DNA of 64,000 nucleotides from Azonexus sp. (GTDB lineage Bacteria; Pseudomonadota; Gammaproteobacteria; Burkholderiales; Rhodocyclaceae): NCBI GenBank assembly GCA_049652925.1, contig JBASFI010000012.1, positions 66,095 to 130,094 of the forward strand, read 5' to 3'. Shown piece by piece: positions 58,320 to 64,000 of this stretch (position 1 is its first letter; each line of letters starts with the position of its first letter). The notes under the pieces were generated by a model. It saw only the letters and a program-made list of their open reading frames with translations, ran no database searches and was not told where the DNA came from. The position numbers and the translations under genes were made by a program.

Positions 58320-59073
58320 TCTGGCGGCCGACGCCCGGATTCTCTGGCGCCTGCTGCGTGGCCAGCCGAATTCGGGCAGCCACGCCGAACGCCTGCAGGC
58401 TTTCTATGCACCGCAGGCCGACCGTTACGATGCATTTCGTGAACGCCTGCTGCACGGCCGGCAGGAGCTGATCCAGCGCCTGAGTCTGCAGGCCGGCGCC
58501 CGGGTCGCCGAACTCGGTTGCGGCACGGGCAGCAGCCTGCTGCGGATCGGTGCCCGGGCCGGCCAGTTCGCCAGTTTCGACATGGTCGATCTTTGTCCGG
58601 CCTTGCTCGACGTGGCGCGTCAGCGGGCGGCCGGCCATCAGCGGATCCGGGTCATCGAGGCCGATGCGACGACCTGGCAGCCCGATCAGCAGGTCGATTT
58701 CGTCTTCATGTCGTATGCGCTGACGATGATTCCCGACTGGTCGCGGGTGATCACCAATGCCCAGGCCATGCTGGCCCCGGGTGGGCGCATCGGCGTTGTC
58801 GATTTTCATCTGCCGGCCGCCGGCGGCCGATTGAGCAACGCCTTCTGGCGCAAGTGGTTCGGCCATGACGGCGTGCATCTGTCGGGCGAGCATTTGGCGA
58901 TGCTCAGGCGTTTGTTCGTCGAGCAGTTTTCAGCTGAGCTGCGGGCGCCGGTTCCCTACCTGCCGGGCGTTCAGGCACCGTATTACCTGTTTGTCGGGGA
59001 GCGGCGTGAACTGGCGGGCGAGGGGAGTCAGCTTTCGGCAACACTGCCGGAATGGTTGAAGAAGCCGGGCTGA
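58306..59073 (+). CDS. class I SAM-dependent methyltransferase (BtaB-like partner)
   Basis: Start MAAADLAADARILW overlaps the preceding stop. The SAM motif I is VAELGCGTGSS. Confidence 0.7.
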   Translation: MAAADLAADARILWRLLRGQPNSGSHAERLQAFYAPQADRYDAFRERLLHGRQELIQRLSLQAGARVAELGCGTGSSLLRIGARAGQFASFDMVDLCPALLDVARQRAAGHQRIRVIEADATTWQPDQQVDFVFMSYALTMIPDWSRVITNAQAMLAPGGRIGVVDFHLPAAGGRLSNAFWRKWFGHDGVHLSGEHLAMLRRLFVEQFSAELRAPVPYLPGVQAPYYLFVGERRELAGEGSQLSATLPEWLKKPG

Positions 59074-59094
59074 CGCCAACCGTCGGCGTATTTC

Positions 59095-59463
59095 CTACGC
59101 CGATGCTTCCAGCAAAACCGTATCCCCGTGCGAATAAGCCGGCGCACAGCAACACAGAATGACCAGCGCCGTTTCGCCGGTGTTCGCCACGCAATGCGGC
59201 GTGCCGGGCGAGATCAGCACGCTGTCGCCGGGGCCAATCGGGAATTTTTCAGCGCCCAGTGTCATGATTCCCGTGCCGCCGGTGACGTGGTAAATCTCTT
59301 CGGTCACTTCATGGCGATGCAACAAGGTCGTGCAGCCGGCCGGCACCAGCGCTTCGGCCAGACTCTGGTTTCGCGCGCCGTGGTGGGCCGGGTGTAGCAA
59401 TTCGCGGATTTCCGAGCCATCCTTGGTGATGTAGGGGCTGATCGCGTCGCGCGAGGTTTTCAC
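59095..59463 (-). CDS. cupin-domain protein
   Basis: 122 aa with a GTG start. Cupin motifs are LHRHEVTEEIYHVTGG and GDSVLISPGTPHCV. Confidence 0.8.
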   Translation of the reverse strand: MKTSRDAISPYITKDGSEIRELLHPAHHGARNQSLAEALVPAGCTTLLHRHEVTEEIYHVTGGTGIMTLGAEKFPIGPGDSVLISPGTPHCVANTGETALVILCCCAPAYSHGDTVLLEASA

Positions 59464-59464
59464 C

Positions 59465-59929
59465 TTACTTGCCGCCCCACGGCTGGATCGGCACGGTCGA
59501 GATGGCGTTGGCCGGGGCGCCTTCGATGATCTTGCGGCTGATCGCCATGTAAATCAGGACGTTGCGCTTTTGGTCGAAGAAGCGATGGACATCGGTTTCC
59601 TTGAAGAAAATCGAGGTGTCGTTACTGAACACGATTTCGTCTTCCGACAGCTTGGCGGGCAGGGTGATCGGACCGATCTGGCGGCAGGCCAGAGAGAACT
59701 GCGACGGATCTTCGGCCAGCCCGAAGCTGCCCTTGACGCCGCCGGTGCGGGCCTGACTGACGTGGCAGGTGACGCCGGGAATCTTCGGATCGTCGTAGGC
59801 GTAAATGCAGACCCGGTGATTGGCCCCGATCAGCTTCCAGGTGGTGGTCGAGCAGCCGATTTCTTCGGCGACGGCGGGCAGGGAGAAAGCCGAGAGGGTG
59901 GCGATAACAAGGGCGGCGGCGGTTTTCAT
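59465..59929 (-). CDS. creA: CreA-family periplasmic protein
   Basis: MKTAAALVIATLSAFSLPAVAEEIG... and ...VTCHVSQARTGGVKGSFGLAEDPSQFSLACRQIGPI... align with E. coli CreA. Confidence 0.8.
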   Translation of the reverse strand: MKTAAALVIATLSAFSLPAVAEEIGCSTTTWKLIGANHRVCIYAYDDPKIPGVTCHVSQARTGGVKGSFGLAEDPSQFSLACRQIGPITLPAKLSEDEIVFSNDTSIFFKETDVHRFFDQKRNVLIYMAISRKIIEGAPANAISTVPIQPWGGK

Positions 59930-61317
59930 TATGGTTCCGTTCGGGATGGTCGGGTCGATGATAACGGAATCAGCTTGCCGACGTATTTGGTCAGGATTTT
60001 GTAGATATCGCGGTCGAAGGCCGGGCGCGGGCTGTCGAGCAGGGCGTGCAGTTCTTCGTCCGAGGCGGCGGTGCCGAGGTAGCGCCAGCCCTCGATCAGG
60101 TGGATTTCGTCGCCCTCGCGGAACAGCCCGGGGCCGGCAAAGGGCCAGGCGACGAGTTTGAGGCCGACGAGGGCGGATATCAGGCGAACCGTGTGTTTGG
60201 CGTAGGGCTCGGCGCCGACGCAGGCCCCCTTGCAACGCCGGAGCTGGTGGCCGAAGCAGGGCTTGCCCGGTTTGGCTTTTTCCAGCCCGAGCAGCACGTC
60301 GCACAGGTTGTGCGATTCGGCCAGGGTGCGCAGGACGGTATTGGCTTCCTTGCTGGTCTTGAACAGGCCGTAGCAGGCGCAGGTCAGGCCGGCCTCGATG
60401 TCGGCCAGCGCCATGAGTTGAGGGCGCAGCCAGCCTTCGCCTTCATCGACCAGCGTCCACGTGCAGGCCTCGTCATTCTTGCGTAGCTGGCGGTTGTGCG
60501 TCGGTTTCAATTGCTTGACCAGCGCCGCTTCCTTGAGCAGGGCGCCGATTTCGCCGGCCGTTTCGATCCAGTCGATGCGCTTGACCTGCTGGGCCAGTTC
60601 CATCTCCTTGGCGGCGCTGTGGTCGCCGGCAAAGTGCGAGAGCACGCGCTGGCGGATGTCCTTGGCCTTGCCGACGTAGAGCGGCAGGTTGTTTTCACCG
60701 TAGAAGAGATAAACGCCGGGTGCTTCCGGCAATTCGTCGATGATCCCGGCGTCGAGATGCAGCGGCAGGCTGGGGTGGGCGTTCTGCGCCTTGAGCGCGG
60801 CCTCGATTTGCTCGTTGCTACGGTCAACCCGAATTTTTTGCCAGAATTGATGGATCAACTGCGCGTCGGCCAGCGCCCGGTGCCGAGCCTCCGCCTGCAG
60901 GTCATGACGCTCGATCAGGCTGTCGAGGTTGTGCCGCTTGTGCTCGGGAAACAGCGTGCGCGACAGCTTGACGGTGCATAGCACCGAGGCGCGGAAGGTG
61001 ATGCCGAGGCGCTTGAACTCGTTCTTGAGAAAGCCATAGTCGAAACGTGCGTTGTGGGCGATGAATAGCCGGCCTTCCAGCCGCTTCATCGTTTCCGCCG
61101 CCACCGCCTCGAACGGCGGCGCATCGGCCACCATGTCGTTGCTGATACCGGTCAGTTGCTCGATGAAGGGCGGAATCCGCATACCGGGATTGACCAGCTG
61201 CTGCCATTCGCGAACGGTTCCGTCGGCGTCGACTTCTACAATGCCGATTTCGGTGATGCGGTCATGGGTGGCGGTGGCGCCGGTGGTTTCGAGGTCAACG
61301 AAGGCTAGGGGATGCAT
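59929..61317 (-). CDS. DnaQ-like 3-prime-5-prime exonuclease fused to a GIY-YIG nuclease domain (Cho-like)
   Basis: The exonuclease motifs are FVDLETTG, FIAHNARFDYGFL and HRALADA. The GIY-YIG motif is PGVYLFYGENNLPLYVGKAKDIRQRV. Confidence 0.85.
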   Translation of the reverse strand: MHPLAFVDLETTGATATHDRITEIGIVEVDADGTVREWQQLVNPGMRIPPFIEQLTGISNDMVADAPPFEAVAAETMKRLEGRLFIAHNARFDYGFLKNEFKRLGITFRASVLCTVKLSRTLFPEHKRHNLDSLIERHDLQAEARHRALADAQLIHQFWQKIRVDRSNEQIEAALKAQNAHPSLPLHLDAGIIDELPEAPGVYLFYGENNLPLYVGKAKDIRQRVLSHFAGDHSAAKEMELAQQVKRIDWIETAGEIGALLKEAALVKQLKPTHNRQLRKNDEACTWTLVDEGEGWLRPQLMALADIEAGLTCACYGLFKTSKEANTVLRTLAESHNLCDVLLGLEKAKPGKPCFGHQLRRCKGACVGAEPYAKHTVRLISALVGLKLVAWPFAGPGLFREGDEIHLIEGWRYLGTAASDEELHALLDSPRPAFDRDIYKILTKYVGKLIPLSSTRPSRTEP

Positions 61318-61453
61318 GGGGCAGGGATGAGGTCTAAAGCCTGACGATGATAGCCGACTTTACGGCCGGCACCGCCGCGTCGCAGAGCCCGAACTTCCTG
61401 CCGGGCTGTTGGTCGACGTTAGGAATGCTTCTGAATCGGGGAGGGCCTTCGGC

Positions 61454-61813
61454 ATGAACCTTGATCATTTGAGAGACCAGATCTGCGCCAGCCTGGCGCT
61501 ATTGGCGCCGCCACTAGAGAGCGACGTGGGTCGCCTGGTCGATGAGTGCCTGGAAAGTGCGCAGCGCAGCTTTCGCAACGAGTTCATCGTCCAGATCAGC
61601 CCGGCGGCTTGGGCGCGGATTACGCTGATCTATTTCAAGCATTTCGTCGATACCGGTTGCGATGTCATGGTCGCCGAGATCGTTGCTGCCGTGGTCCGCG
61701 ACTCGATCCAGACCAGTCGGATGGACATGGTAACCCTTCAGCTTGTCCAGGCGAAGCTGGATCAACAGGCGACCGCGAAACGCCCCCCGGAGCTGCATGT
61801 GGTCCGTGACTGA
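61454..61813 (+). CDS. hypothetical protein
   Basis: ATG preceded by GGGGAGGG. The 119 aa product matches no recognised family. Confidence 0.5.
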   Translation: MNLDHLRDQICASLALLAPPLESDVGRLVDECLESAQRSFRNEFIVQISPAAWARITLIYFKHFVDTGCDVMVAEIVAAVVRDSIQTSRMDMVTLQLVQAKLDQQATAKRPPELHVVRD

Positions 61814-61891
61814 GTCGTCAATTCGGTTGAAGTTTTCCGTTATTTAGGTGTCGTCTAGGCAGTTGACTACTACATCTAGTTATTTATCTGC

Positions 61892-61921
61892 TTGACATGC
61901 CCTGAGCGGCTTGGCTAGACT
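61892..61921 (+). promoter_or_regulatory. candidate sigma-70 promoter for the riboswitch-nrdA transcript
   Basis: TTGACA (61892-61897), an 18-nt spacer, then TAGACT (61916-61921), immediately upstream of the riboswitch. Confidence 0.45.
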
Positions 61922-61927
61922 CCGCCC

Positions 61928-62105
61928 CGTTGATGGTTCCCTTTCCGGGGATTAAAACGGGAATCCGGTGCCAGGCCGCAAGGTCTGAATTCCGGGGCTG
62001 CCCCCGCAACTGTAATCGGCGAGCGTTTCGCCAACACATGCCACTGGATGCGTCCGGGAAGGCGGGTGAAACGCAAGGAACCGAGAGCCAGGAGACCTGC
62101 CACGA
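61928..62105 (+). promoter_or_regulatory. cobalamin (B12) riboswitch
   Basis: Conserved blocks are GGTTCC...AAACGGGAATCCGGTG...TCCGGGGCTGCCCCCGCAACTGTAA, the B12 box GCCACTG (62040-62046), GGGAAGGC, and the 3-prime AGCCAGGAGACCTGCC (62086-62101). Confidence 0.8.
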
Positions 62106-62278
62106 CAAATTTCTTTCATGTTTTTGGGGCGGGGTGTCCCTGACGAGAGGTTTTTGCGTGGTTCATTGCCGTTTGTCCGTCGTGTCCAGTCGTTGCCGGG
62201 CTTGTCTCCGCAGCGCTGGCCTGCGTGCGCCGGCTGGTCTCGCACTCGGTTCTCCGCCCCCCAATACGGAGAATCGCC

Positions 62279-64000
<1,722 letters not shown>

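Noticed and set aside
60817-60853. GCTACGGTCAACCCGAATTTTTTGCCAGAATTGATGG in the linker of the DnaQ-GIY-YIG gene as a degenerate copy, read as FWQKIRVDRS.
   Set aside because: Only part of the core is intact and several positions differ. I cannot distinguish an old decayed insertion from chance without orthologue alignments, so it is not counted.

Overview
GC-rich chromosomal segment. Gene content suggests a betaproteobacterium, possibly Rhodocyclales-like, but that is inference only. About 55 protein genes are supportable. The centre, 6387..32185 on the minus strand, is one co-directional, translationally coupled block of 19 genes encoding a complete phage-tail-like contractile particle. It has sheath, tube, tube-like protein, LysM protein, gpD-like hub, gp5/V spike, PAAR, gp25, baseplate J, a PA14-bearing baseplate protein, two beta-helix fibre-like proteins, an AAA+ ATPase and a DUF4255 cap-like protein. 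It has no capsid, terminase, integrase or lysis genes and no T6SS membrane-complex genes, so I call it an extracellular contractile injection system (eCIS). Two tandem DUF4157/HExxH proteins with unrecognised C-terminal regions sit inside the operon and are the candidate cargo or toxins. The second notable signal is a dispersed repeat of about 40-50 nt with the invariant core CCGGTTGACCGTG. It has 7 strong copies plus 1 diverged copy, and 4 of the strong copies lie in-frame inside coding genes in three different reading frames. Three of those four are eCIS genes. The flanks are ordinary housekeeping or accessory genes: RIO kinase, pldA, parE, DUF808, yjbQ, yajD, mrcA, a radical SAM gene, PLD, MFS, AraC regulators, tag, msrB, an iorAB-like molybdoenzyme with xdhC/mocA, a yecA-like gene, ada/ogt, EamA, degP, a btaA/btaB-like pair, a cupin, creA and a dnaQ-GIY-YIG fusion. 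A cobalamin riboswitch precedes a class Ia nrdA that runs off the right edge. No rRNA, tRNA, CRISPR array, transposase or integrase was seen.
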